Shown here piece by piece: positions 1 to 10,960 of a DNA stretch of 41,024 nucleotides. Source of the DNA: Fonticula alba ATCC 38817 (Eukaryota; Protista; Nucleariida); the NCBI GenBank assembly GCA_000388065.2, contig KB932207.1; one strand, 5' to 3'. A program made the translations under genes and the position numbers. The notes under the pieces were generated by a model, which saw only the letters and a program-made list of their open reading frames with translations, was not told where the DNA came from and ran no database searches. Position 1 is the first letter of the stretch; each line of letters starts with the position of its first letter.

Positions 1-155
1 ACCGCACGCGGGCCCCTTTTCAGACACCAGGGCCGGGCCTCAGCGCGCCGCCCGGAACACGCCCGTCACATCCCCCCTGTCACTCTTGACCTCTGCCCCC
101 CCCCCCTCACGCCCTACCCCCATTTGTTTGCTTCGCCGCAGCCTGGCCACACAAC

Positions 156-1028
156 ATGGGAAAGAAGACCCGCGCGCGCCGCCAGCCCAAGAAGCGGGTG
201 GTCATCCCCCTGTCGACCACCTTCACATGCCCCTTTTGTAACCACGAGAAGGCCATCGAGGTGACGATGTGCGTCCTTCAATGCGTCCCTTGATTTGCCG
301 ACCCCCCCCCCTGGGGCCCCCCCCCCCCCCCCCCCCCCTCCGCATCTAACAGACCCATAACCGCCTCCTACCAGCAACCGCAAGGAGCGCGTGGCCATGC
401 TGGCCTGCGTCATCTGCAAGCTCGAGCCCAAGGGGCCCTTTACGATGCAGATCCGAGGTGCGCGCATGCCCGTGCACCCTGCTGGCGCATGACCCATGCT
501 TCACATTTGCTGACACCCATCGGCCCGCTGCCGCTGGGCTCGCCTCCAGCTCTGGACCAGCCGATCGACATCTACGCCAACTTCATCCAGGAATGCGAAC
601 GCATCAACCAGCCGCCCGAGGTGGAGGACGACCAGGACCCTGCCGGCCACAGCGAGGGCGATGACTGTACGTGGCCCTCGCCCTGCTCCCCGCCTTGCCC
701 CTTCCTGCCCCATTGGACAGTGACTGATTGGTCGACCCCTCCCCCGATAGATGAGCCGCCTGGCCACCGCGACGGCGCCCCCAAGCCCACCCGTGCCCGG
801 GGCTACGACGACTATGAGGACGACCTTGACGATGAGGACGACGATTACCAGCCGGATCGGCGGCGGAAAGAGAGCTCCAAGCGCTCATCGCGCGATTACG
901 ACGACGACGACGATGATGATGGCGAGGACGACGATGACGACCTGGATTACCGTGCCTCCTCATCGCGCCACAGCCGAAAGCGCCAGCATGTCGCCGACGA
1001 TGAGGATGACGACTTCGAGAACTTCTGA
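156..1028 (+). CDS. ELF1: Transcription elongation factor Elf1 (zinc ribbon) with long acidic/basic C-terminal tail, 196 aa
   Basis: Exons 156-268, 375-457, 550-666, 751-1028 (591 nt, in frame, all GT-AG). Translation MGKKTRARRQPKKRVVIPLSTTFTCPFCNHEKAIEV...LACVICK...LDQPIDIYANFIQECE has the two CxxC motifs and the PIDxY motif of Elf1/ELOF1. Confidence 0.93.
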
Positions 1029-2088
1029 TGCGCGCCCACACAGGTGTGCGCCCGTCTCCGGGTCCGCGATCGCGGAGGCGGGAGAAATATACCAAACACC
1101 AAGACCCTCTCCCCCGCCGCCTTCTCTGTGTGTNNNNNNNNNNGGGGGGGGGAGAGAGAGAGAAAGAAAAGGAGGCCGGGTGGAGGCGTGTCGGCGTGTC
1201 GGCGTGTCAGCGTGGGCCCGGCGCGGGAGGCGGTGGTGTTGCGATGCAGCCAAGCGGGATGGCATACTCTTCTCATATTCCAGCGCCTGGACCAGCATCT
1301 CAAGCTTGTCCAGGTCTTTGACGAGGATGGCCTCCGGCGACTCGCCCGCCTCGTACTCATTCCAGAGGGACAGGATCTCCGAGAAGGCGTCCTGATACTC
1401 CTCGCCTAGGGAATTGCCCAGGGTGATGAGGGCGTCCTGCGCACCAGGCAGCGGAGTGCCAGGGGGGGAGCAAGACATGGAGCAGTGTCAGCGAAGGGCA
1501 GATGGCGGCCACTGGCCAACGACAAGTCAAGCAGACGGAAAAGGGCAACGGAGCTCACGTACCAGCTCGAGCTGGTGCTTGTCCTCATTGGAGACCCCGT
1601 CATGGGGGGTGATGTCGCCGGCGATAGACTCGGCGATGTCCTGTGCGGCACATGCCAAGTAGGCAGGGGACGGCAAGGATAGAGAGAGAGAGAGAGAGAG
1701 GGGGGGGGAGACACGAGGGAGACGAAGTGATGTCAGCAACAGGGGGGAAAGGGCCGGCAGGCAACATGGGGGATGGCGCAGTCGGGCGCACATGAACAAG
1801 GGCCATGCGGATGCACTTGTCGCGGTCGACGAGGGCCTGCGCCGAGCTTGGGGCCCAGGCCATCAGCAGGGCCATGACGCTCATTCGGTGCATGTGGTCC
1901 GAGACGGACTCGATGCGCTGGCTGCCGAGGTGCCCGGAGGTCGGGGGGCTGGGAGTGAACCGCGGGACAACCTCGCCAGGCGCACGGCCGGGACCGACGC
2001 CGGACCGGATCCACCCGGACCGGCGGACGTGCTTGAGCTTGCCGACCAGCTGCAGGAAGGCAATCGGGCCCTTGCCGGGACTGGTCAT
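960..2088 (-). CDS. HDDC2: HD-domain 5'-deoxynucleotidase (HDDC2/YGK1 family); last exon uncertain
   Basis: Exons 2088-1792, 1640-1563, 1436-1268, then probably 1123-960 (or 1125-947) beyond a 10-N gap. Motifs [23 protein letters not shown]|[23 protein letters not shown] and [18 protein letters not shown] are the family's H..HD..D metal-binding core. Confidence 0.88.
1134..1143. other. Assembly gap (10 N)
   Basis: N run inside the last predicted intron of the HD-domain gene, next to a G run. Confidence 0.99.
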
Positions 2089-2150
2089 GGTGTAGATTGA
2101 GAGACTGGTGGCTGAGGCGATGTGGGGGGGAGGGAGAGGGGGGAGGGGGG

Positions 2151-2190
<40 letters not shown>

Positions 2191-2706
2191 CATGGGGGAA
2201 CAGGCGAAGGAGGGAGGGGGATGTCGGGTAGATGTCAGCTGCCTGCCCGGGCCGGGCCAATTTTCACCCTGAGGCCGATCAGCGCGGGCGGCTGTGGACC
2301 AGCTACGGCACGAGGGGGGGGGGACGCGCGGCGCATCGAAGCGCCGGACCGATCCGTTGGCACCCAGGCATCGCCGACGGCCGGCGACCAACATCCCCTC
2401 AACCACCAGGCCGCTGATGAGTGAGTGGCCTACGGCGGGCAGTGTGCGCGCCGGCAGGAATCCACACACAGATCCCCCCTCTCTCCTTCTCTCTCCCTCT
2501 CTCTCTCTTTTCCCCCCCCCCCTCTCCTCGCCCCTATACGCATCCCCCCCAGCTCCTCTCCCCCCCCCCCGCCCGACTTTCACGCGTGAGGTTCGTGTCC
2601 AGCATCATCGCCGACATCCCCACAACCGCGCACACCCCCCGGAACTCACCTGCGCCGCCGCCGGCTCCGGCCCCCTGCCCGGCTAGACACCACACAGCAC
2701 CCAACC

Positions 2707-3474
2707 ATGTCCGCGGCCGAGATCCGCAAGCTCGAGGCCGAACTTGAGGCGACGGCCACCGAATTCGATCGCGAAAAGGAGGTCGAGCGCATCCTCAAAG
2801 CCTTTACCCACTCGCCGTACGATGTGCTCGGGCTGCTGCCATCGTCGCGACTGACGGACGCCGAGATCCAGCGGCACTACCGGCGGGTGTCGCTGCTGGT
2901 GCATCCGGATAAGTGCTCCCACCCGAAGGCGCGCGATGCCTTCCAGCGTTTGGAGAAGGCGCGCGGGGAGCTGCGCGATGAGAACCGCAGCGCCTTCCTG
3001 GTGGGGCTGGTGCAGGACATCGAGTCGCGCCTGGAGGCGGATTTGCCGCCCGGGGCGCCGGTGCCTCCGGAGTCTGTGGCGCGCGAGTTGCGCCGGTACC
3101 TGGCCGAGGCGGCGCTGGCGCGCATGGAACGCGAGCGCCGGGCCAAGGAGGATGAGAAGCGCGAGCGCGAGGCCGTCGAGCGGGCCAAGGCCCAGCACCA
3201 GAAGGCCGCCACCCAGGCGGCCGTTTGGGAGGACGAGCGCGACGAGCGGGTGGCCAATTGGCGCGCGTACCAGAACCACTCCATGGCTCGGACCCGGGCG
3301 GCGCAGAAGTCCCGGACCGCGGCGGCGGCGGCCGCCGGCCCGGGGCGAGGCCTGGCCCCGGGCGGCATTGGCCTTCGGCGCTTCCCCACCCTGCGGCCAG
3401 AGGCGGCCACCCGGCGCGACACGCAGCGCCAGCTGAACCGCGGCCCCACGATGTCGGACCGTGCGGATGACTGA
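2707..3474 (+). CDS. DNAJC8: J-domain co-chaperone, DNAJC8/Spf31 family, intronless, 255 aa
   Basis: Single ORF with good start context (caaccATG). It has an N-terminal acidic helix (DREKEVERIL), the J-domain SPYDVLGL...YRRVSLLVHPDK, a charged coiled coil and the WEDERDERVANWRAY motif typical of DNAJC8. Confidence 0.88.
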   Translation: MSAAEIRKLEAELEATATEFDREKEVERILKAFTHSPYDVLGLLPSSRLTDAEIQRHYRRVSLLVHPDKCSHPKARDAFQRLEKARGELRDENRSAFLVGLVQDIESRLEADLPPGAPVPPESVARELRRYLAEAALARMERERRAKEDEKREREAVERAKAQHQKAATQAAVWEDERDERVANWRAYQNHSMARTRAAQKSRTAAAAAAGPGRGLAPGGIGLRRFPTLRPEAATRRDTQRQLNRGPTMSDRADD

Positions 3475-6400
3475 GGGCAAAGGCATGTGCCCGGATGTGG
3501 CTGCGCTTCTCTTCGTGTTGGCCTTTTTTCTTCTTCTTCTTTTTCCCCTCCCATCTCCTGCCCATCCGGCTCTGCACACAGGGGCCCCTTGGTGGCTGCG
3601 CGGGTGGGATAATACCATACAGTGCGAGTGTGTGACCCGAAGTAGCCCTGCCTCCTTGCTGCCTTTTTTTTTTTTTTTTCTGCATCCGGGCACATGCATC
3701 TTGATGACTTTCGTGTGTGGGGTGCCCTCCTTCCCCTCTCTCTGCTTTTCGGTCTTCCCCCTGCGGCGCCTGTCGCGGCAGGACGAGCGAGGGCGCGGGC
3801 CTTCCTCCGGTGGAGTGGGGGGGGGCGGGGCGGGCCCGACGATCGACATGTATCATGTGGTGTGTTGGCGTGCGGGGCATGTGATTGGCTCGCCTGGCGG
3901 GAAGCGCTCCGCAGAGTGGCCGGTCTTCGTCCTCCTGCGCTGCGGGGCCGTGTCCCGACGCCCTTGCCGTGCTCAGTGTCTCGCAGGAAATTTGGCCTTG
4001 TCCGCGCGCGCGCGCGCGCGCGCACACACCCAGTTAATATGCCCGCCGCAGCCGGGGAATGAGAGGCAACACCCTCTAATGACGCTGGCATGCGCCGAGT
4101 GTGTCTCACTGGGTCCGGGCGCCAACGCCAATGCTCATGCATCACACGCGCAGGTGGGGGAGGGAACACTGTGCCGGGACATGCGCGGCCCGGGCGGGGG
4201 GGGGGGGCGGAGGCGGGGGCGGGGGCCGGCGGCGGATGCCCTGGCAAGGGCAGGCACGAGGAGAGGCGGGCGCAGGGCCTGGGCAGAGTCTCTGCGAACG
4301 ATGGGCACTTTCTCAGGTGAGAGTGGCCGGTCCAAGGGGGGTCAACCTCGCACGGAGGACACGAGGACGGGGCGGCTCCTTCCCCCTCGGTCTCGTAGGC
4401 CCCGCGCATACGGCCACCGCGCGCCGGCCCGGGTGCGGGCAGGCGCGAGGGTTGCCGCGCTCGGGCAGGGGGTGCCGCGGTTTCACCGGCAACCCCTGCC
4501 CTGCCGGCCCTCTGTCGGCCCCGAGGGGGGACCGGGGCGGTGGCCCACATTCTCCCGCGCCATTCCCCCCCCCCCCCCCCTCCGCTGGAGAGCAGTCGCA
4601 GGATGCCGGGATGCGGCGGGCCTCGCTCGCGGCGGCGCGGCTCATTGTGCATTCCGCCCCGGGCTCCTGGCCCTTCCTCGGACACATACACACGGCCGAG
4701 GAGGGGTGGGGACGCAACACCATGCACCTCATATCCGGGGATGGTTCGGCGGGGACCCCTCGCCTGCATGCAACGCCAGCCAAATGTGCTGTTGGGCCCT
4801 GGTCGCTGCGTGTCGGTGGGGGGACCCGGGCGGGCGGGCGTTGGGGCGCGCCTGCCATCCCCGGCCGGCCCTCTCGGAGGCTGATCCGGCCGGGAACTGC
4901 GGTCCTCTGGGCGGGCGGAGAGAGAGAGAGAGAGAGGGAGAGAGCGGGGGTCGATGCCGCGGGCCCCGCATCCCCGCGGGACCAAGCCATTGGTGCAACG
5001 TCACCTTGCAATTCCGGAGCATGCCGTTGTTGATCAACTGGTTGGACAGTTGGGGACGGGCAGGCAGGGCGACGAGCAGGACCAAGGGCGGAGACCGGCC
5101 GGGAGGGCCGGCGGGGAGACTGCCCAGTGCTTGGGCCCCAAACCGGCAACACCATGCAGACAGCTGGCGCACCGGGGGAGGGGGGGGGGGGCACGGAGGA
5201 TGGCAAACGGGTGTTTGTGCATATGCGCGCGTGCGCGCGCCCCCCCCCCCCGGACGCATGCGGGCGCGCGCGCACATATACCTCTTACCCACTACCCACA
5301 CCCACACCCACACGCGGCCGAGGGCGCCAGGATGCGAGGGAAACGACGCCCGAAAGGGGACCGCGCAAGGGCCGGGGCGTTCGCCACACAAGGCCGCCCG
5401 AAACCGAACCCTTTCCCCTCTGCCCGGCCGCAGGGCCGGCCCTCTCCCTAAACCCGGTGTCTGGGCTGCGAGGAACGCGGCCGGGAGGGGCCACCAGCGG
5501 CCCGGCGAGTATGCGCCCCGCACGTAAATGTGGGCGCCAAAAGTCGGCGCCAGAACCTGATACCCTAGGAGCAGTGGTGCTCCAGGGGGGGGGGGGGGGC
5601 GGGGCCGAGCCGGGGCCTGGAGGGCGAGCCGGCCGCGACGGTGTCTCTGCAGGCGGGCTCCGCCCCGCCTCAAGGGGAGACGGGCGGAGCGGGGGACGTG
5701 TATGTCGTGCCGGCGCCGGTGCCGATCCGGCCGTTACCTGGAGCCCCCGGGCCGGGCGCGGCCCCTCGGGCGGGCGAGCCTCACTGGCCCCCCCCCCCCC
5801 CCCGCCGGTCGTGGCTCCTGCCCCGGGAGGGGAAGAGTGATGTGCCAGAAACACGGCACCTGCCCGGGCGGGGAGGCCGGAAGAAGCGTCAGTGGGGAGT
5901 GTTAAATGCATGCTGGCGCTGGGCCGCCGTGCGCGCGCGCGCACGGGCTGGGCGAGGGCGCGCGGCCGGCCGACCCGGGGAGGAGCGAATTCTTGTGCTC
6001 CGGGTCTTGACGGAAGCAGCATCCCCGCATGTGGATGCGGGTCGCCTAGGGGTGCGCTTGATGCTGTCTTCGCCTGCCCCTCTCTCCCGGGGCGGGGGGC
6101 GGGAGGGTTGTGGTATTTGTGCACCGATTCACGCACACTCAGGCAGCCGGGACCTGGGAGGTGGCCGGCGGGGGAGGGGGGGGGGGGGGGATGTTTGCGC
6201 GGGACAAGGCCCGGCCTTTGACGCGCCCAGTGTGCGCCGGGGGAACGACGGCGGGCCTGGCCGCCGGGAGGAAAAGCCGAGATATAATAATAGAAAAATC
6301 ATCCACTGCCTTGAGGCAGGAAAGGGCCGGGGCGGCAAGGCGAGGGCGGGGGGGGGGGGGGGGGCGGGGCCCACCCTAGGACACCTGCGGGCCTCCCCGA

Positions 6401-6641
6401 GGCAGGGCCCGCCGGCGTGCAAGAGTGGATTGTGAGTTTGCCGAGGCGACTGGGGGCGGTATCAGACTTCGGCGCCTGTGAGGCGGCACTGGTGTGCGCG
6501 CATGTCGGGTCTGTGTGTGACAGTTGTGCTGCACGGGGGGCCCCGAGGGATCTCTGCTGCGCGGGGGGGGCGCCCGGGCGCCCGGGGCGTACGCCCCCGG
6601 CCGCAGGGGGCGCACTCGGGGAGGGGCCAACACAGGGGCGC

Positions 6642-6872
6642 NNNNNNNNNNNNNNNNNNNNNNNNNNNNNNNNNNNNNNNNNNNNNNNNNNNNNNNNNNN
6701 NNNNNNNNNNNNNNNNNNNNNNNNNNNNNNNNNNNNNNNNNNNNNNNNNNNNNNNNNNNNNNNNNNNNNNNNNNNNNNNNNNNNNNNNNNNNNNNNNNNN
6801 NNNNNNNNNNNNNNNNNNNNNNNNNNNNNNNNNNNNNNNNNNNNNNNNNNNNNNNNNNNNNNNNNNNNNNNN
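6642..6872. other. Assembly gap (231 N)
   Basis: N run followed by a G homopolymer. Confidence 0.99.
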
Positions 6873-8772
6873 GGGGGGGGGGAGGGGCCGAGGGAGCACA
6901 CCAGGCAAGAGGTGCCCAGACTGCCGCCAGCCTCCCGGCGGTGTTGCCTGTTTGATAACAGAGCAAGTGATGTGGCGCGCGTTCCGGGGAAGCCGCGGGG
7001 CAGGCGGGGGCTCGGTGGTCCGAGCATGACGACCGGCGCTGGCGGAGGCGGCCGCCCGTCGGCGCCCACATCACAGCGCGCCGCCCGCCAGGCCGCGAGG
7101 GGACTGCGAGGCACGGCGAGCGGGAGCCGGCCGGACAAGACGACCGCCCGAGGCCGCCCGGCACGCGCACGCGGCACACCTCCCCCGGCCCTGGCCGAAA
7201 CAGGCCTGCGCAAGAAGGGCCAGGAGGGGCGGGAGGGGGGGGGGCGACGCGGGCTTTCGTCTGACCGCCCCGGTCGGGGGGGGGGGCGGGGGTGTCGGCC
7301 GGCGCAGGGCTCAGCGGCAGCGACGCGGGGCGGCTTCCCCCGGGCGCGGGCCGGGGCGGGTTTCCCGGGCGCGTGCGCGCGCCGGCCCTTCGGCCGGCAT
7401 TCCCGGGGGACCCTCTTGTGTACTCCGGCGCGGCCGTGATGTGGCCCGGGGGGGGGGGCGGGGGCGCGCGCGGCAAGTCACCTCGCCCTGGCTCGGTCGG
7501 GCGCCACATCAGCCGCTCGCGGCCATTGTTGTCGGTCCAGTGGGGAGACCCACACAACGCCATCACGCACACCGATGGCCTCGTGGGGGGGGGGGGGGGG
7601 GGCGGCCTGGCTGAGTGTGCCCGCGCGCGCGTGTGGAAGCGCGTCGATGTATCCGCGCACGGCCCCTTTGGACTGCCCCGTGCAGCCCCTGCTTCTCTCC
7701 ACGGCCCGCGCGGCTCTTGCCTCTTGCATTGGGCCCCTCCTCGGCCGTTTTTGCATCTGCAACGGCCGCACATGCAAGCATGCGTATGCCCGCACGCCCG
7801 CCCGCACGCACGCACCGGCACATCATGCACGTACATGCCCCGGTCCGTGCCCGCGCCCCGTAAGGGACGAGGCGTCCGAGACCCCCGCTCCGGGGGCATC
7901 CTGCGGAGCGCGCGAGAGCCCGCCAACCGAGGTGGCATAACAATCCATTGTGTGGCAGCTGTTGTTCCCAGCGTCCGGCGCCCAGCGTCTCGCCCCCCCC
8001 CCCCCCTCCCCCCGGGGCCGAAGTGATGTTGCCGGAGCCGGCCTCCTTCCGCCTTCACCAGCGCGGCCGGCCGCCAGCCGCCGGGGGCCCAGGGACGTGC
8101 ATTGTTTATCCCCGGCGCCGTGGCGCCCGACGCCGACGCAGATCGCCCGTCTGCGTCCATCGTGTTCCTTCGGGTGTGCGCCGCGGGTGCCCCTCCCCCT
8201 TCCCCCCCCCCCCCCCCCCTTTGCAGCCTGCTCATGCAGTCAACCGACAGGCCCGGCGTGTGCCCGGAACTCGCTGCATGCCCCGGTGCCGTGCCTTTCC
8301 CTACGGACGTCCGGGTGCGGGCGGGTGGATGAGTGATGTGTGCTCGGGTCGGCGGCATTATTCGCACCCGCGCCCGCCGCCCGCTTCGCCCTCGGCGGGG
8401 GGGGGGGGGGTAAACGGCCCAGGCGGTCGGCCGGGGGTCTTTCCCTGTTCTCCGGCACACCGCCCACGGCGGTGGCCGAACACGGAGAAGCACCGGCGAG
8501 CCGCCGCGCGCGCGCGCGCGAGCGCGGGCGCGAGCCCCGCGGCTCGGTGCGCGGCCCCAGGGCTTGGCGCGCGGGGCCGGGCCAGGGCCGCGAACGGGCG
8601 GGGGCCGCCGGGCAGGGGACGAAACGGACGGGGCTACGGGCGAGCCCGAGAAACGGAACAAGTGAGCCGGCAAGCGCGCGCGCGGGAGCCGACTCGGCGA
8701 GCATTCCAGAGGCCCCGGCCGGGCCGGGGGGCGTCGGCCCGCCCATGCCTGGGTTGAGCATGCCACAATATC

Positions 8773-8778
8773 TATAAG
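8773..8778 (+). promoter_or_regulatory. Candidate TATA element for Ras
   Basis: TATAAG in an AT-richer island directly before the C/T-rich leader of the Ras gene; position-based inference only. Confidence 0.4.
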
Positions 8779-8906
8779 GGGCAGTGTGCCAGGCGCTTCT
8801 TCCGGGACGGGTTACTCCAAACACTATCCTTTCCGATAGCCATTTTCTCCCCTCCCTTCTCCCCCTCCCTCCCTCTTTCTCGCCCACACGCCCCCCCCCT
8901 CTTCCC

Positions 8907-9283
8907 GTAAGTCCTGCGCCCTTTCCCCCCTCCCCTCCCCCCCCCTCTCGCTCTTTCCCATCTCCCCCCCCCATTGCAAGAGCAGCTCCCTGTGCCCGTG
9001 CGACGTGTCCCCCTCCCCCCTCCCGGCGGGAAAGGGGGCCGTATTCGTCTCCCCGCGCGCATCCTTCCCCCGGGGGGAGGCGAGAGACTCGCCCGGCGCT
9101 CGGCTGCGCCCGCCCATGCTCCTCCCATCCTTTCCGTGCGTCCCCTCTCCCCCTCTTTGCCTGCGTGTCCCCCTCCCCCCTTGCCTGTCCTCTTCCCTCC
9201 TCCCCTTGCCTGTCCTCTTCCCTCCTCCCCTTCCTGACGCCCATGACTAACCCCCCTCTTATCTTCTCCCAACCCTTCCTCAG
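8907..9283 (+). other. Probable 5'-UTR intron of Ras
   Basis: GTAAGT donor at 8907, GACTAAC branch-point match at 9245-9251, pyrimidine tract and CAG at 9281-9283. Confidence 0.55.
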
Positions 9284-9475
9284 GCTCTTCCTCTCTGCAT
9301 CACCCCCTTCCCCCTGCCTGTGGTGTTTCTCCCCACTGGTTCCCCCCCCCCCTGCTCTCCGCCTCGCCCCTCGGTTTCTTTCTAACCCGCTCGGTCTCCC
9401 TCTTTGCCTCCACTGCGCGCGCGCACACACATGCGTTCCTGAAATGGCAGTCCACCTCCCCCCCTCTCTTCCACC

Positions 9476-10498
9476 ATGTCCAAAAACGCTCCTTTCCTTC
9501 GTGAGTACAAGCTCGTCGTCGTCGGCGGTGGTGGTATGTCTTCCCTCTTGCCTGGTGTGCCCTTTCCCTCTCCCATTCTCACGGACCCACTCACCTTCCG
9601 ATCTCCCCCTCCGTTCCCCCCTCCCTCTCTGCGCCTGCCCCCAGGTGTCGGCAAGTCCGCCCTGACTATTCAGTTCATTCAGTCTCACTTCGTTGACGAG
9701 TATGACCCCACCATCGAGGGTACGCTGCTTTTCGCTTCGCGCCTCCTCTGTCCTTGGCCTAGGCCTCCGGCGATCATCCACTCGCCCGTGTGTCTCGACG
9801 CGTCTAACTCTTCCCCCCTCGCCCGCTCTCCTCCCTCGCTGGCTCCTCCACCTCCCCCTCCCTCCCCTGCAGACTCGTACCGCAAGCAGTGCGTGATCGA
9901 CGACGAGGTTGCCCTCCTCGATGTCCTCGATACCGCTGGTCAGGAGGAGTACAGGTACTGTCCCACTTTCCTTCGCAGGGGCTGGGCGCGCGCACCCGGG
10001 AGTGCCCCCCTTCCCATTCTTCCCGGCCCTCCTCCCTCCCCTCCCACCTCCAGCCACTCCCACCTCACCCGGTGACTGACTCCTCCTCCTCCTGTCCCCC
10101 CCGCCTTCGAAACACACGCACACACACACAGCGCCATGCGTGAGCAGTACATGCGCACTGGCGAGGGCTTCCTCTGCGTCTACGCCATCACCACCCAGTC
10201 TTCCTTCGATGAGGTGAACATCTTCCACCAGCAGATCCTCCGTGTCAAGGACAAGGACAACTTCCCCATCATTATCGTCGGCAACAAGTGCGACCGGGAG
10301 ATGGAGCGCAAGATCACCAAGGAGATGGGCAAGGACCTGGCCCGCCAGTTCAACTGCAAGTTCATCGAGGCCTCCGCCAAGAGCAAGATCAACGTCGACG
10401 AGGCCTTCTACGAGCTGGTCCGTGAGATCCGTCGCTACCACAAGGAGTCCCAGCCCCGCAGCAGCCCCGGCAAGCGCCGCCCCTGCACCCTCTTCTAA
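9476..10498 (+). CDS. RAS: Ras GTPase (fungal Ras1/RasA-like), 193 aa
   Basis: Exons 9476-9533, 9645-9719, 9873-9954, 10132-10498 (582 nt). G1 GGGGVGKS, effector YDPTIEDSY, G3 DTAGQEE, G4 NKCD, G5 SAK, C-terminal CaaX CTLF. Confidence 0.98.
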
Positions 10499-10879
10499 GT
10501 GGGAGAAATAGGCAACCCCTTCGTCAAAAGAAGACTGGCTTCATCGCTCCTCCCTCCGTGTGTGTGTGTGTGTGTGTGTATGTGTTGGTGCAGGTGTAAG
10601 TGTTAGTGTGTGTGTGCTGGCAATGTGTGGATGCGCGCGTACGGGCACGGCGTGCCCCGCCTCCCCGCACCCCGCACCCCGAGCTGCTGTGCCCCCCCCA
10701 CCGCCAGCACGGACTGCTCCAGCGACGGCGGGCTCTCCTGTGAAGCCCGGCTCAAAGCCCCCGCCAGGCCCCTAGGCCCCCCCAGGCCCCTCGGCCCCTC
10801 CGCCAGGGACCACCGCGCCGGCGCCACCGCCTCGCCCGCGGTCGACTGGCAGAAGGGCCCCCCCTCGGAGCTTCCCCCC

Positions 10880-10960
10880 ACCACCGCCGCCATCACCACC
10901 ACTGCCACCGCCGCCACCACCACCACCGCCGCCACCACCACCACCGCCGCCACCGCCACC
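10880..10960 (+). repeat. Compound trinucleotide repeat (ACC)n(GCC)n
   Basis: Two exact (ACC)4(GCC)2 units at 10916-10951 with degenerate flanking copies. Confidence 0.85.

Noticed and set aside
1910-1995. ~25-aa insertion in HD-domain exon 1 as a possible unspliced intron
   Set aside because: The only consensus donor (GTGCGC) is phase 1 and no phase-1 AG follows; kept as a coding insertion.
3461-8766. Many long Pro/Gly/Arg/Ala-rich ORFs in the DNAJC8-RAS spacer
   Set aside because: They overlap in all six frames, translate homopolymers and microsatellites, and some span N gaps. This is expected from the scarcity of stop codons at high GC.
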